Shown piece by piece: positions 1-17,118 of a stretch of 64,000 bases of DNA. The position numbers and the translations under genes were made by a program. The stretch is taken from contig OZ024741.1 in the NCBI GenBank assembly GCA_964016885.1, positions 288,300,001 through 288,364,000 of the forward strand, written 5' to 3'. The notes under the pieces were generated by a model. The model was not told where the DNA came from, ran no database searches, and saw only the letters and a program-made list of their open reading frames with translations. Within the stretch, counting starts at the first letter, position 1; each line of letters opens with the position of its first letter. Source of the stretch: Eledone cirrhosa. Its lineage: Eukaryota.

Positions 1-464
1 GGATCTTCCGATTTCTCTGGGTGAGAGATTTATATCAGGCTTTATTCCATATCTCTCCTCCAGATCAGTGGCTATTCTAATGATATTTTTTTTTTCATGC
101 TCATAAACCTGGGCAAGATGGTTGCCAACCATTTTCCTCTGTTGAAGGTGTTGCTTCAGTGTTACTATCCGGGTCTCATATGATGTTAATATGGATTTTA
201 GACCCAGGCCACCTTCCTTGCGTGAGAAGTATAGCCTATCCACATCACCATTGATGTTAAAGTTCCCAGTAACACTGAGAAGTTTGCGAGTTCTAACATC
301 CATCTCACTTAGTTCTTGCAATGACCAGTTCAGCAGGCCAAATGTTGGCGTTAGAATTGGCACATCATAAGTATTATGGGCAATGTATTTGTTGTACGCT
401 GACAGTTCTGATGACCATATTTTCTTTACTCTTCTGAGGTATGCAGTTCTGGTTCTCTCCTTAT
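1..464 (-). mobile_element. R4/Dong-like (RLE-clade) non-LTR retrotransposon fragment, post-RT/thumb region, 5'-truncated
   Basis: Minus-strand translation NKERTRTAYLRRVKKIWSSELSAYNKYIAHNTYDVPILTPTFGLLNWSLQELSEMDVRTRKLLSVTGNFNINGDVDRLYFSRKEGG aligns to the ORF at 4908-5801. It ends at the (TATG)n tract. Confidence 0.85.
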
Positions 465-552
465 TTGTATGTATGTATGTATGTATGTATGTATGTATGT
501 ATGTATGTATGTATGTATGTATGTATGTATGTATGTATGTATGTATGTATGT

Positions 553-1145
553 ATGTGCTACTGGTAACATGTATCCCAGTACAACCTGTCTCATGGTCGG
601 GTCGTTGGCGACTAAACTGGCAACCCCACCAAGGTTTCTTGGTGAGGAGGGTGACTTTGGACATTCTGCAGGACTAAAAACAAAACCTGTCAAAGGGCAA
701 AGGAGTTCTTAAGAGTCAATGGCCATCCAAAATCACCGGGAGAGATGACCCCTTAGCCTTTGTCAAGGCAGAATTCTAGGAGAAGGAAAACTCTGATATA
801 ACACCTGCAACCCTGATGGTATCCAATGATGTTGACTTGTTCTTCTTTTTGGTAAATATCATCTTGGTTAAGAGAGTGGGACTGGCTTTGTGCAGTGCCT
901 TTTCTCACTATAAAAGCTTCACGGCACAGGCATTGCTTTATATCTGGAGATCTCTCTGCACCTGTCGTCACATGGTACCATGGGACCAGCACTATGTGTC
1001 AATAATTGTCACAAGTGTAGTGTTTGTACCAGAGTTTTCAAGTCGCTGGCTGGACTAAAAAGTCACACTCGTTCAGCGCATCGGTAGGGGTTCTCCTACA
1101 TGGATATAAAGTAGTGGCCGTACTCGAAAACGAGTTGGCAGCCAT
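553..1145 (+). mobile_element. Non-autonomous bipartite RTE-derived retroposon (~590 bp), copy 1, with (TATG)n tail
   Basis: Near-identical copies elsewhere in the window. It has the RTE 5'UTR-like motif ctaggagaaggaaaactctga and a C2H2 finger remnant [22 protein letters not shown] at 1016-1087. A 3' hairpin ctcg-aaaa-cgag precedes the (TATG)n tail. Confidence 0.8.
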
Positions 1146-1686
1146 ACATGTATGTATGTATGTATGTATGTATGTATGTATGTATGTAGTCAAATATTCA
1201 TGCTGTTTTTACTGACCGACCTAACTATCGATTTTTTAATGTTAGCTATATTAATTTTTGCGTATTAATAGTTAATTTGTGAGATATATAAATAATTTTG
1301 ATGTCGTCATTGAATGATTTGATAACCGTTAGTTGCTTATCATATTAAACTTTACTTGATTATCCTATGAATTTTGTTCAATTTTACCGACTCTCTAAAG
1401 ATTCCATAGAGTAATATTCTGAAAATAATTAACTACATTTAGCATCGTGTCGGACAGTGTGGCAGGTTGTTGCAGTTCCATGTATGGGTGGAGCATTTCG
1501 TGGCATTGTGATATCGTCAACCTAGTATAAATATATATACATCAGGATGGATTCAGTTTGAAACTGGTTAGACCATTACTCAGCATTACCTGAGGTAGTA
1601 GAGTATGGTTATATTGAGTCCCGTCTCTTTATAATATATATATATATTTATTTATTTAATTATGTAATAAACAACACAATATAATT

Positions 1687-1759
1687 ATTCCATTACCCAA
1701 GGTTTCGCGAAGTCAGACGATTCTAACAGAAACGTCTGATTTCGCTCATCAGATGAAAT
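1687..1759 (-). ncRNA. Type I hammerhead ribozyme with long stem II
   Basis: Minus strand reads atttcat-CTGATGA-gcgaaatcagacg(tttctgttagaat)cgtctgacttcgc-GAAA-ccttggg-TA-atggaat. All three stems pair and the cleavage triplet is GUA. Confidence 0.85.
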
Positions 1760-1837
1760 ATCTTTATTATGGTTATAAGATACATATTTAAATAGCTCTG
1801 TACTATACATAGAGCACTCTTCTTTCCTTTACCTTTT

Positions 1838-2290
<453 letters not shown>

Positions 2291-2680
2291 ACGAGGATTC
2301 TAGTGCACATGTTCGCGGAACTGTCACAATTATTTATTGTATAATATCAATGTAATGAAAGTTTCGTTAATCGAACAACGGCAAAAATCGTTGATCGATG
2401 TGAAAGGAAGTGTCCGTTATATATCATATATTTATTTATGGATTTTTGTTAATGTCTTTAAATTAGTATTAATTGTTATTTTCTGCATCTTGTTAATAAT
2501 TGTGTCAATAAAATTATTGATTTCTGACTTGGAAAATTAGGGCAATGAGTGTAAACGATTGAACCTGCTTTAGTACATAAATTGCATTATATTCTATTGA
2601 CCATAAAGGTTGAAAGGAAACGTTGACCCTGACTCGATACCTTGCAGGTGCCTCTGTCCACGTTTTCCCGACCCTAAGAA

Positions 2681-2752
2681 TACGAGGGTCGGCTGAAAAG
2701 TTCATAGGCTGATCAAGATACTCCTCTGGAATGACCAAATGAGGTTAATTTT
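2681..2752 (+). mobile_element. Mariner-type terminal fragment (TIR)
   Basis: TA-cgagggtcggctgaaaagttcataggctga, the same terminus as the MITE at 27706-27900. Confidence 0.7.
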
Positions 2753-3699
2753 TCTGGGGGTCAGAACATTGCGTGTGGGCCCTCTAATTTTCAATAATTT
2801 TAAGGTGGAATTTCTGATTAAACATATCACCGTAAATGTAATTGAATCTAAGGGTGCACTATTGCTATTCTGTGCGTCCTTCCCCTGGTAATGGGGACTG
2901 GACTTCTATTTCAACTTGAGGTTGATCTTAGCGTGAGTAGAATTGGTTCGTAATCAAGTCGATATTTGTTTGTTTCACTTGCCAACCCATGCTCTAGCAG
3001 GGTTGGCCATATTGGATAAGCAAGGAGGCGGATTAAAATTATATGGGGTTCCGGGTTGAACATTTCATTAGGGTCCTTGCATGTTATTTATGGTAGTAAA
3101 AAGTTAATTTGGGACCTTTTAAACGTTAGTTTAGTCAGCACATACATTGCATTTAATCGGCCACTGTGGTGCCGATTAAACCATTGGTTCAGATCGACCA
3201 GAGTGAGGCTAGTGAGTCAAATCAGGTCATAATTCGTTTTAAGTATCTGTTAATCTCAATCGTCGCTCTAGGTTTGGTCATGTTGTGTGTCATATTAGGG
3301 TCCTCCTGGGTCATATGTGCGGCGTGTATCTTCTGCCACAAATACAAGTAATTAACACACACCGACGTGACGTAACAGTCCATTGTTTGAGGTGTATTTC
3401 ATTTACATTAACCCACAAATTTTGCCGAAACGGTGCTGATTCATTGCAGCATTAAAAGTTCTTCCAAAAACTGGACATAAAGTAATTGATTTTTCTTCAA
3501 ATCTCAACAAAAGGAGGTGGAGTAGGGGAGGAGGAGGAGGAGGAGGAGGAGGAGGAGGAAGCGGAGGGAAGAGAAGAGGAGGGAAATATGATACCATATA
3601 TAACACGCACATAATATAACAAGAGGAAAAGTCAATTGCATCAAAGATGACATAATATATTTGAATTCCACCAATCATAAATGAACAAGTAGCCATTTA

Positions 3700-3880
3700 G
3701 ATAAATTACTTTAGAAACGATACCAACAAGCGAGCAAGGCAAGAAACCTTTTCGTATAGTAAAATCTACAGAAGCAAATATCGATTACAGAGGGAGGTTG
3801 CAGAATCGAAGACAATCAGCCGATTCAAAAATAGACTGGATGAATATTGGAAGAACAATAAATTTGAAACGTTCTTCTTA
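3700..3880 (+). mobile_element. CR1-like LINE 3' end remnant
   Basis: Translates ...EVAESKTISRFKNRLDEYW..., typical of the CR1-clade ORF2 C-terminus. Confidence 0.55.
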
Positions 3881-4077
3881 ATGTAGAGAGCGGTCACACT
3901 ACAAATAACATGGTATTTACATGTATTGTCTAAAAGTGGTAAGAAACTGTGTAAATTGTGTTTTGTAAGCTACAAATTGCTTAGCTCTAATGCTATTATA
4001 TAATTATAGATTAGATAAGATCGTGTTAACATTTAATACATGCAGGCTTAAAAAGCTGACTAGATCTATGCATCTAG

Positions 4078-4175
<98 letters not shown>

Positions 4176-4269
4176 ATATATATGACCAAAAGTTTTTAAG
4201 GTTCGTTGATTATTCAAGGAATTCAATTTTACAGTAGATTAGAAACACTCGACAGTAAAATTTCTGGAG

Positions 4270-4550
4270 TATCTATAATATTATTCAAAATATTAATAAA
4301 TGGGAAATATCATAAGCAAAGTATATATTTTATTATACATATTTCAAAGGTACAATGGTGTTTCAGTACGTTTTCTTCAGAGAAATTTATAAGAAATTGG
4401 ATATGCGGTATGTCGCATATCCAACCTCTTATATATTTTATCTGATGAAAACGTACCGAAACACCATTGTACCTTTGAAATATGTATAATAAAATATATA
4501 ATTTGCTTATGATATTTCTCATTTATTAATATTTTGAATAATATTATATA
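4270..4550. mobile_element. Inverted pair of Penelope-type pseudo-LTRs, each with a hammerhead
   Basis: Arms of ~120 bp are reverse complements around gatatgcggtatgtcgcatatc. HHR on - at 4323-4390 (CTGAAGA core) and on + at 4431-4499. Confidence 0.75.
4431..4499 (+). ncRNA. Minimal type I hammerhead ribozyme
   Basis: atatattttat-CTGATGA-aaacgtac...gtaccttt-GAAA-tatgta-TA-ataaaatatat. Stem I is 11 bp and stem III is near-palindromic. Confidence 0.75.
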
Positions 4551-4559
4551 TATATATAT

Positions 4560-7500
4560 GTATATGGATGTCTTCCACATTGCTGTAGCTTTTAATGTGT
4601 TTATTATCGGGGCTATCCTTTCTACGGATTGCATTGTACAGTGTTTTGGCCACTACATAATGCCTCATAGGTAGATAGTACCGCGATGACATCTTTGGGC
4701 AGCTGCTGATGACATGGGTGACATCCTCGATGTTAATTCTGCAGAGTCTACACTTGTTATCACATCTAAGTGTTTTTCCTGCATCCCTATCTCTTTTGTG
4801 AATCAGGTATTTCGTGTTAATTTCCTGTTCTTGGATTACAAAAGCGTATCCTTCAAAGTGGGAGCCAATATAGCGGTTGGTGGTCCAAGATAGACTACTT
4901 TCCTTATCTATATTACTCTCACTCTGGAGCTTCCTGGCAACATATCCATGCATGATTTTTTGCTGATAAGTATGCAGTTTTTCATCCATGGATTCACTGC
5001 GATACTGCACAGGGAATATCTCTGGAGGAGTTCCCTCCCAATTCTCATGATCTTATCTGTTTCATGCAGATAGACTTGCTCGAGAGACGGGATCCTACGC
5101 TTCGAGGTTCGTAGATGTTGTCGGAGGGATATGATTCGACATTCAAATGTTGTCTGGACTGATGTTAGGCGTCTGCCTCCCTGCTTACGTTTCAAGTAAA
5201 GGCGGTCTATGTCACTGTTGATGTGGAAGTTTCCGGTGTTGTTTAGTATTTTTTGAGTTCTAACATCAACTGCTCGGATTTCGTCTATCGTCCAATTGAG
5301 TATTCCAAACGTTGGTGTTAGGACAGGCACAGCAAACACATTGTGAGCCACTGTTTTGTTTTGCGCAGAGAGTTCTGATGACCAAATCTTTCTTAATTGG
5401 GTGTAGTATTCCCTGGTAACGCGTTCCTTATTGCACATACCATTATAGGATATGTTCTCATCTATCCCCAGGTATCTGTAGCAGTCCTCATTAGATATAG
5501 GTGAAACAGTTAGGCCATTGATGACAATTTTGCTAGATTGGGTTGTTGTTTTCCCCCGCTTTACAGTCATATATGAGCATTTATCTTGGCCAAATTCCAT
5601 TCCTATATCCTTTGAGAACGTTGTAACCAGGTCAATATTTTTCTTTATCCCATCCATGTTCTTGGCATAGAGTTTCAGATCATCCACAAAAAAATTATGG
5701 GTTAGGTTCGTATTTCTGTCCCCCTGTGAGCCAATGATGTATCCTTCACATTTCTTGAGTAGAAAGGACAAGGGGTTTAATGACAGGATGAATAATATCA
5801 CAGACAGACTGTCTCCATGAGATATACCTCTGCGATATTTTATTTTATCAGTGAAAATAGAGTCCTCCCTCTCTGTCTTTAACCTTAGGATAGTAGCCCA
5901 AGAAGAAGACAGCTTCTATATGGCTCTGATAATAATGTCTGGGTCTTTAGCAAGTTGGAGGGCCTCTATCATCCAAGAGTGGGGAACAGAGTCGAAAGTT
6001 TTCCTGTAGTCCAGCCTGACTGTGGCCATATTCCTCCTAAGTTGTCGCACCTCCGACATCGCAGTTTTGTTGATTAGGAGTTGTTCAGCACATCCCCAAA
6101 CCCCTTTCTCTCCAACTGCTTGTTCATCTGTGATGATGTTATTATTTTCACAGTGATCTTGGAGGAATAGGTTCAGGCAGGCTGTATACATCTTATACAT
6201 CAGGTTCTGGCATGCAATGGGTCGGTAGTTTTTTGCCAAGTGGGTGTCTTTGTTCTTGGGGACCAGTAATGTTTGTGCTAATGTCAACCATTCTGGTATA
6301 AGTGTATCTCCCTTAAGAACTTGTTGGTAGAGGTCAGTAAGATACCTCCGATAGAATATCAGTTTTTTGTACCAGTAGCTGACAATCATGTCTCTTCCTG
6401 GTGTTTTCTTATCTTGGGTTTTTTTACTATCACAGTCTCAAGGGTTCCCTCACTTATTTCGTATGTTTTTATTGTAGTGTAGGAGCAATAGTTCTTTCGG
6501 ATTTCTTTTCGCCACACTGCACCCTGGTTGAAATTCTTCTTTTCACCCCATATTTTGCTCCAAAAGGAATCTATGTCTTTCTGGGATGGGGCCTCAGTGA
6601 CACTTATTATTTTGCCCTTCATATCTCTATAGACTGATGTTTGGTTTCGTCTGAATCTTTTATTAAGCACTTTTCTCTCATCTACCTTCTTTAGGTATCG
6701 GCGTTTTTCGCTAACAGTTCTCAATTCTTGTTTGGGGGTGATCAGCTTATATTGGAGAGTTCTGGTTCTACTGTTACCAAACATCGTCGCTATTTTATTT
6801 TTCACTCTTTGTGGTGAGGAGTGAGGTTTTTTTGTGCATGTAAGGAGCATTGTCACATATCCTATATTTTTTCGTAGGTCAGCAATCCTTTTTTCTATTT
6901 TAGTTATATATGATGGTATTTTTGGTGGTGTTTTGTTCTTGTTAATATCTCTGCTATCACCAAGATAATGCTTCACTGTCGTTGCTAAGGCATATAAACA
7001 GGCGTTGATTTGCCAAAATGTTGGGGTTTTATCCGTCGTAAATATTCATCCCCTATTTCGTCAATAACACGTAATATTTCATTATTTGTTTTTTTTTAAA
7101 TTCAACATTGTCGTTTTAACACGTTCAGCAAGAGAGATATTTATACGTGAGTTAATTTCTCTCTGGAAGATTTCGTTGAGGGAAATTTTCAATTGTTTAT
7201 ACTTTTGATTATCATTATCGATAGTATTTTCCACAATAGTCGAGGTAGACTCAGATGGTACACGTGGTGTCAAATTTCTTCGATTATTATTATTATCGAT
7301 AGTGTTTTCCCCAGCATTCGAGGTAGACTTAGATGGTACAGATGGTGTCAAGTATCTTACAGGCATAGTTGTTTCAAGACGCTGTTTGACCTGGCTGCTA
7401 GGAAGTCTAGTAGCATGGCGACCTGTAGCACGTGTTGTTGATAACATGTTTGTTGTGGGGGACTTACAATTAATAATATTTATCTTATTTTTACGTTCAA

Positions 7501-7993
7501 CAAACGTCGCTTGTTGGCGTAATTGTTTCGCTGTGAAATAATTTAGCTCTGGGTGCATTTCGTCCTAGTGTAGCTTCATTCTATTCATATAGCCAATGGA
7601 GGGATTGTTTTTTGCCATTTTATAACAATTAAATAAATCATTATTAAGTTCGCAACTCCAAGAGAAATGCGATTTATAATTTCGGTTTCTTCTGTAGCAA
7701 CAACTGAATAAAGTTTGATTAACTTCTTTGTTATTTGTCTTCGATACTTCCTTAATTTTCTTGTTGATGTTGTGTTCAGCCATACTGTTTGTAGCAAATC
7801 CTTGTAATATGAATTATGTATTTAGTCGGAAATCTCTACGAATTCGAATAAAAGGTGTCTTCAGAAGGGATAGTTGCATAACCAGTTATTCAACCTGACT
7901 GTAGTTGTGGCATTACTGTCGGAGATAGTATTCATCTTAAATTTAATAAATAGACTCCCACGCCAAAATATGCGACTGATCGCGTTGACTGTC
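4560..7993 (-). mobile_element. R4/Dong-like RLE-clade non-LTR retrotransposon, 5'-complete, 3'-truncated, frameshifted
   Basis: N-terminal W..E.N..L..CY..A....GY..RM motif. RT motifs NYRPIAC, LDYRKTFDSVPH, LFILSLNPLS and FFVDDLKLY. CCHC knuckle CRLC...EDVTHVISSC and RH..V motif. The PD..D nuclease is missing because of the truncation. Confidence 0.9.
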
Positions 7994-8268
7994 TATGTAT
8001 GTATGTATGTATGTATGTATGTATGTATGTATGTATGTATGTATGTATGTATGTATGTATGTATGTATGTATGTATGTATGTATGTATGTATGTATGTAT
8101 GTATGTATGTATGTATGTTGCTATCGTGTGTGTGTGTGTAGATATGCTTGTGTGTGTGCGTGTGTTTGTATATATATATGTATATGTATATTATTATTGT
8201 TGTTGTCGTTATTATTATTGTTGTTATTATTATTATTATTATTATTATTGTTATTAATGTATGTGTGT

Positions 8269-8344
<76 letters not shown>

Positions 8345-8486
8345 CTTTTTTTTTATTTTATTTTTATTTATTTAATATTATTATTATTATTTTTTTTTTT
8401 CTCGTGCAATGGCCATACTCGATAACGAGGGGGCAGCCATCATGTGTGTATGTATGTATGTATGTATGTATGTATGTATGTTTATG

Positions 8487-9094
8487 TCAGGTCACCACTT
8501 GGTGCTACTGGTAACATGTATCCCAGTACAACCTGTCTCATGGTCGGGTCGTTGGCGACTAAACTGGCAACCCCACTAAGGTTTCTTGGTGAGGAGGGTG
8601 ACTTTGGACATCCTGCAGGACTAAAGACAAAACCTGTCAAAGGGCAAAGGAGCTCTTAAGAGTCAATGGCCATCCAAAATCACCGGGAGAGATGACCCCT
8701 TAGCCTTTGTCAAGGCAGAATTCTAGGAGAAGGAAAACTCTGATATAACACCTGCAACCCTGATGGTATCCAATGATGTTGACTTGTTCTTCTTTTTGGT
8801 AAATATCATCTTGGTTAAGAGAGTGGGACTGGCTTTGTGCAGTGCCTTTGCTCACTATAAAAGCTTCACGGCACAGGCATTGCTTTGTATCTGGAGATCT
8901 CTCTGCACTTGTCATTACATGGTACCATGGGCCCAGCACTATGTGTCAATAATTGTCACAAGTGTAGTGTTTGTACCAGAGTTTTCAAGTTGCTGGCTGG
9001 ACTAAAAAGTCACACTCGTTCAGCGTATCGGTAGGGGTTCTCCTACATGGTTATAAAGTAGTGGCCGTACTCGAAAACGAGTTGGCAGCCACCA
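8487..9094 (+). mobile_element. Bipartite RTE-derived retroposon, copy 2
   Basis: Near-identical to 553-1145 and flanked by (TATG)n. A short 3'-end piece of a sister subfamily lies at 8400-8443. Confidence 0.85.
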
Positions 9095-9145
9095 TGTATG
9101 TATGTATGTATGTATGTATGTATGTATGTATGTATGTATGTATAC

Positions 9146-9576
9146 GGGAGAGATGACCCCTTAGACGGGAGAGATGACTCCTTAGCCTTTGTTAAGGAAG
9201 AATTCTAGGAGAAGGAAAACTCTGATATAACACCTGCAACCCTGATGGTATCCAATGATGTTGACTTGTTCTTCTTTTTGGTCAATTTCATCTTGGTTAA
9301 GAGAGTGGGACTGGCTTTGTGCAGTGCATTTGCTCACTATAAAAGCTTCAAGGCACAGGCATTGCTTTATATCTGGAGATCTCTCTGCACTTGTCCTTAC
9401 ATGGTACCATGGGACCAGCACTATGTGTCAATAATTGTCACAGGTGTAGTGTTTGTACCAGAGTTTTCAAGTCGCTGGCTGGACTAAAAAGTCACACTCG
9501 TTCAGTGCCTCGGTAGGGGTTCTCCTACATGGATATAAAGTAGTGGTCGTACTCGAAAACGAGTTGGCAGCCACCA
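9146..9576 (+). mobile_element. Bipartite RTE-derived retroposon, copy 3 (5'-truncated, short 5' duplication)
   Basis: Starts in the tail of copy 2 with a duplicated cgggagagatgacccccttag and ends in (TATG)n. Confidence 0.85.
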
Positions 9577-9625
9577 TGTATGTATGTATGTATGTATGTA
9601 TGTATGTATGTATGTATGTATGTAT

Positions 9626-9849
9626 GTATGCATATTAACGGCTGAGCAGCCTAATTTGCATATCGAGTGAGTTAATCGGCCGGGGTACCGAAAACGATAA
9701 ACGGAAAAAAATGAAACGAAATTTCATTTATCACTCTTAGTACGGCTGTTACTTAAAAATAAGTATGTATACGTACACACATATATGTATACAGCCGTAG
9801 AGTAGTATGTATATATATATATATACATACATGCACACATACTTATGTA

Positions 9850-9850
<1 letters not shown>
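9626..9850 (-). mobile_element. Partial copy of the 420-bp HHR repeat family
   Basis: Matches ~19826-20040 (gcatattaacggctgagc...cactcttagtacggctg). Confidence 0.75.
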
Positions 9851-12290
<2,440 letters not shown>

Positions 12291-12291
12291 A

Positions 12292-12853
12292 CCTGCTCAT
12301 GGTCGGGTCGTTGGCGACTAAACTGGCAACCCCACCAAGGTTTCTTGGTGAGGAGGGTGACTTTGGACATCCTGCAGGACTAAAAACAAAACCTGTCAAA
12401 GGGCAAAGGAGCTCTTAAGAGTCAATGGCCATCCAAAATCACCGGGAGAGATGACCCCTTAGCCTTTGTCAAGGCAGAATTCTAGGAGAAGGAAAACTAT
12501 GATATAACACCTGCAACCCTGATTGTATCCAATGATGTTGACTTGTTCTTCTTTTTGGTCAATTTCATCTTGGTTAAGAGAGTGGGACTGGCTTTGTGCA
12601 GTGCCTTTGCTCACTATAAAAGCTTCACGGCACAGGCATTGCTTTATATCTGGAGATCTCTCTGCACTTGTCGTCACATGGTACCATGGGCCCAGCACTA
12701 TGTGTCAATAATTGTCACAGGTGTAGTGTTTGTACCAGAGTTTTCAAGTCGCTGGCTGGACTAAAAAGTCACACTCGTTCAGCGCATCAGTAAGGGTTCT
12801 CCTACATGTATATAAAGTAGTGGCCGTACTCGAAAACGAGTTGGCAGTCACCA
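12292..12853 (+). mobile_element. Bipartite RTE-derived retroposon, copy 4
   Basis: Near-identical to copies 1-3 and followed by degenerate (TA/TATG)n to ~13300. Confidence 0.85.
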
Positions 12854-13008
12854 TATATGTATGTATATATGTGTATGTATATATATATGTCTGTATATAT
12901 ATGTATATATATATGTATATATATATATATATGTATGTATATATGTATGTGTATATATATATATATGTATATATGTATATATGTATCTATATGTATATAT
13001 ATATGTAT

Positions 13009-13042
<34 letters not shown>

Positions 13043-13339
13043 GTATATATGTATGTATATGTATGTATATATATGTATATATGTGTATATGTATGTGTAT
13101 ATATATCTATATGTATGTGTGTGTATATATGTATATGTATATGTATATGTATGTATATGTGTATGTACATGTATATGTATATATGTATATATCTATATAT
13201 ATGTACATATATATGTATATGTGTGTGTGTATATATATATGTATGTGTATATGTATGTATATATATATATGTATGTATGTGTATATATATGTATATATGT
13301 ATAAAACGAGTTGGCAGCCACCATGTATGTATGTATTAC

Positions 13340-13870
13340 TCTTGAGAGCTACTGGTAACATGTAACCCAGTACAACCTGTCGCATGGTCGGGTCGTCGGC
13401 GACTAAACCGGCAACCCCATCAAGTTTACCTGGTGAGGAGGGTGATTTTGGACACCCTGCAGGACAAAAAGCAAAACCTGACAAAAGGCGAAAGAACTCA
13501 TAAGAGTCAACGGCCATTCAAAAGTGTGTAAATATGTATATAGACATGTACCGCGTGGTTAAACCACTGGGGGTGAATGACCCCTAACCTTTGTCAGGGT
13601 ACTCTTCTAGGAGTAGGCAACTCAGGAAACTGGGATAACTCCGATATAAAACCTGCGGTTCAGTAGTTACCGATGATGTTGATCTTTTCTTCTTTTCGGG
13701 TTATAGCTACTGTCGCTCAGAGAGTGGGATTGGCTCAGTGCACAGTTTTTCCTCAATTTAAAAAATATCTTCACGCACAGGCATTGCACGATAGACTTAA
13801 TTAATAATTATTAATAATGGTATATCGTGCAATGGCCATACTCATTAACGAGGGGACAGCCATCATCATC
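13340..13870 (+). mobile_element. Diverged sister subfamily of the bipartite RTE-derived element
   Basis: Homologous 5' part. The 3' end gtgcaatggccatactcattaacgaggggacagcc(atc)n matches 8400-8443. Confidence 0.7.
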
Positions 13871-13921
<51 letters not shown>

Positions 13922-14216
13922 TAGAGAGAGACATATGTTTGTAAGTTTGTGTTATAATATTTCATAAAAGGTTTACTAGAAATAATTATCTCATGAGATA
14001 TACAGACTAACAAACTGATACTGAGGTAGATATATTGATAGCTAGATCGATCGTCGATCTATCTATATAGCTATCTAACCTGGTGTATATATGTCTTCCT
14101 ACTTATCTCTATTTATATATCTATCTATCAATCTGTATGTCTGCCATTCTATTTGTCTGTCGGACTGTCAATTTGAAGTCATATCTCTCTCGCCCCCTTC
14201 TCTTTTGCTCTCTCTT

Positions 14217-14303
<87 letters not shown>

Positions 14304-14603
14304 GTACATATATATATATGTATGTGTGTGTGTATATTCAAAATAGAGGGTGCACAGGTCAAAGACAAAGAGAAAAAAACGCAAAGGCGGATAAGCCCAT
14401 CTCCTCAGTCAATCTATAGAAATCACTACGGTTTCGGCTCTTTAAGTGTGAAACCATCCACTCTAGTGTACATTGGGACACAAGAAAACAATGGGCCGAA
14501 ATATTTGCTTGATGGGTGTTTCTTCTTTGAAGACCTTCAGCTGACCAGCTCTCCTGAGAGTTTCTTGCCACTATATATGTATGTATACAAAACAGACACA
14601 AAT

Positions 14604-14690
<87 letters not shown>

Positions 14691-14774
14691 AACAATGAGT
14701 TATATGCTTTGTTGATGATTATTCAACAGAGTTATATTCATAACAGATATGAAGCACTCTACAGTAGAAATTTT

Positions 14775-15770
<996 letters not shown>

Positions 15771-15789
15771 ATCTTTATATGTATAAAAG

Positions 15790-15930
15790 ATGAGTTCAAA
15801 TCCCACCGAGGTTAACTTTGCCTTTCATCCTTACGGGGTCGATAAAATAAGGTACCAGTCACGCACTGGGGTCGATTTAATCGACTTCCCCCTCCCCCCA
15901 AATTGCTTGCTTTATACCGATATAAGAAAC
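15790..15930 (+). mobile_element. tRNA-like SINE, 5'-truncated
   Basis: B-box gagttcaaatccc followed by gaggttaactttgcctttcatccttacggggtcgataaaata. Confidence 0.8.
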
Positions 15931-15979
15931 CATTATATGTATAAAAGAACAATTTATATAAATGGAAAAAATGAATATA

Positions 15980-16334
15980 CATTTATCGTTTTCGGTGCGC
16001 CCGGCCGACTAACTCATTCGATATGCAAATTAGGCTGCTCAGCCGTTAATATGCATAAGGAAAGTATATACTTTCAAACGTTCAATCAACTGATGACAAC
16101 TAAGAAGCTAGAAACTAGTTCATCGTTCCTTTGTCAGTGTTGAACAAAAGGGCAAAGATGGTTGCCGAACACTGTACGGCTTAATTCGGGCTGTTTGTTT
16201 ACAAACAAACCGAACATTATAATAAATGTTCGGTAAACCCATACGTACATATATATATGTGTGCATGTATGTATGTATATACATACTACTGTACGTCTGT
16301 ATACATATATGTATGTACGCATACATATTTATAT

Positions 16335-16335
<1 letters not shown>
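15980..16335 (+). mobile_element. 420-bp HHR repeat family copy (HHR core 16090-16126, stem I 5' arm deleted)
   Basis: CTGATGA-caactaagaagcta-GAAA-ctag-TT-catcg. The rest matches 20358-20740. Confidence 0.75.
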
Positions 16336-16398
<63 letters not shown>

Positions 16399-16419
16399 TA
16401 ATACTGGAATTGAATGATC

Positions 16420-16745
16420 AAGACCGCAGCGGTATGTCATATATCAAATCATATATTTTGTCTGATGAGGACGTACTGAAAAAACAACACAGTATCTTTG
16501 AAATATCTCTATATATAAAACTTAGGATGTCTGTCTCTGTGTGTGTGTGTGTGAGTTTGAATCCCTAAAACTCGAGAACCACCCAACCGACTGTTTTCAA
16601 ACTTTACACATGTAATACTTATGTCTCAGGGAGTGTTCTGTGCAAAAGAAATTTCAAATTTTCAATGCCCTAGGGACCGCATTAGGCGATTTAGCGATCT
16701 TTCTTTATAATTCTTAGTCTTTCTCTTTTTAGATGAATACATACA
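16420..16745 (+). mobile_element. pLTR/HHR remnant (CTGATGA at 16462) interrupted by a Helitron-like 5' end at ~16505
   Basis: Similar to the HHR at 4431, then TCTCTATATATAAAA...tgtctgtc...aaactttacac. Confidence 0.45.
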
Positions 16746-16747
16746 TG

Positions 16748-17118
16748 CAGGGTGGGGTATAATTCCTGTTACAAAGTTTAAATCAATTTTAAAATACATT
16801 ATGTTGCTAATATAACTAATATATTTGTATCAAATCCATGCACTATAACCATATTAACTATTTTTCAGAACATTACGCCATTAACAATTTGCAATGTCCA
16901 TAGAATTGAAAAGAAAGTTTATAATAGAGAAGCATGAAAAAGGCCTGACTCCACCCGAGATATTTAAACTGGGGAAAACTCTTAAGATCAATAGAATGTT
17001 GATCAAAAGGACAATCGATCGATTTAAGTGTAATCCAAGAAGGTGTAATCCAAGAAAGTCCACGAGAAAAATAGCAGAAGAAGCAGAAACATCGCCGAGA
17101 ACTATGCGGAGGATAATA
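16748..17118 (+). mobile_element. Tc1/mariner-superfamily transposase 5' fragment (HTH)
   Basis: ORF 16894-17136, MSIELKRKFIIEKHEKG..PEIFK...NPRKSTRKIAEEAETSPRTMRRI, resembles a paired HTH with an internal deletion. Confidence 0.6.

Noticed and set aside
753-1215. Repeated 60-80-aa ORFs as a small gene family
   Set aside because: They are incidental frames within copies of the non-autonomous RTE-derived element.
3152-3180. 10-bp hairpin tttaatcggc/gccgattaaa as a terminator or ncRNA
   Set aside because: It is isolated and single-copy, with no supporting context.
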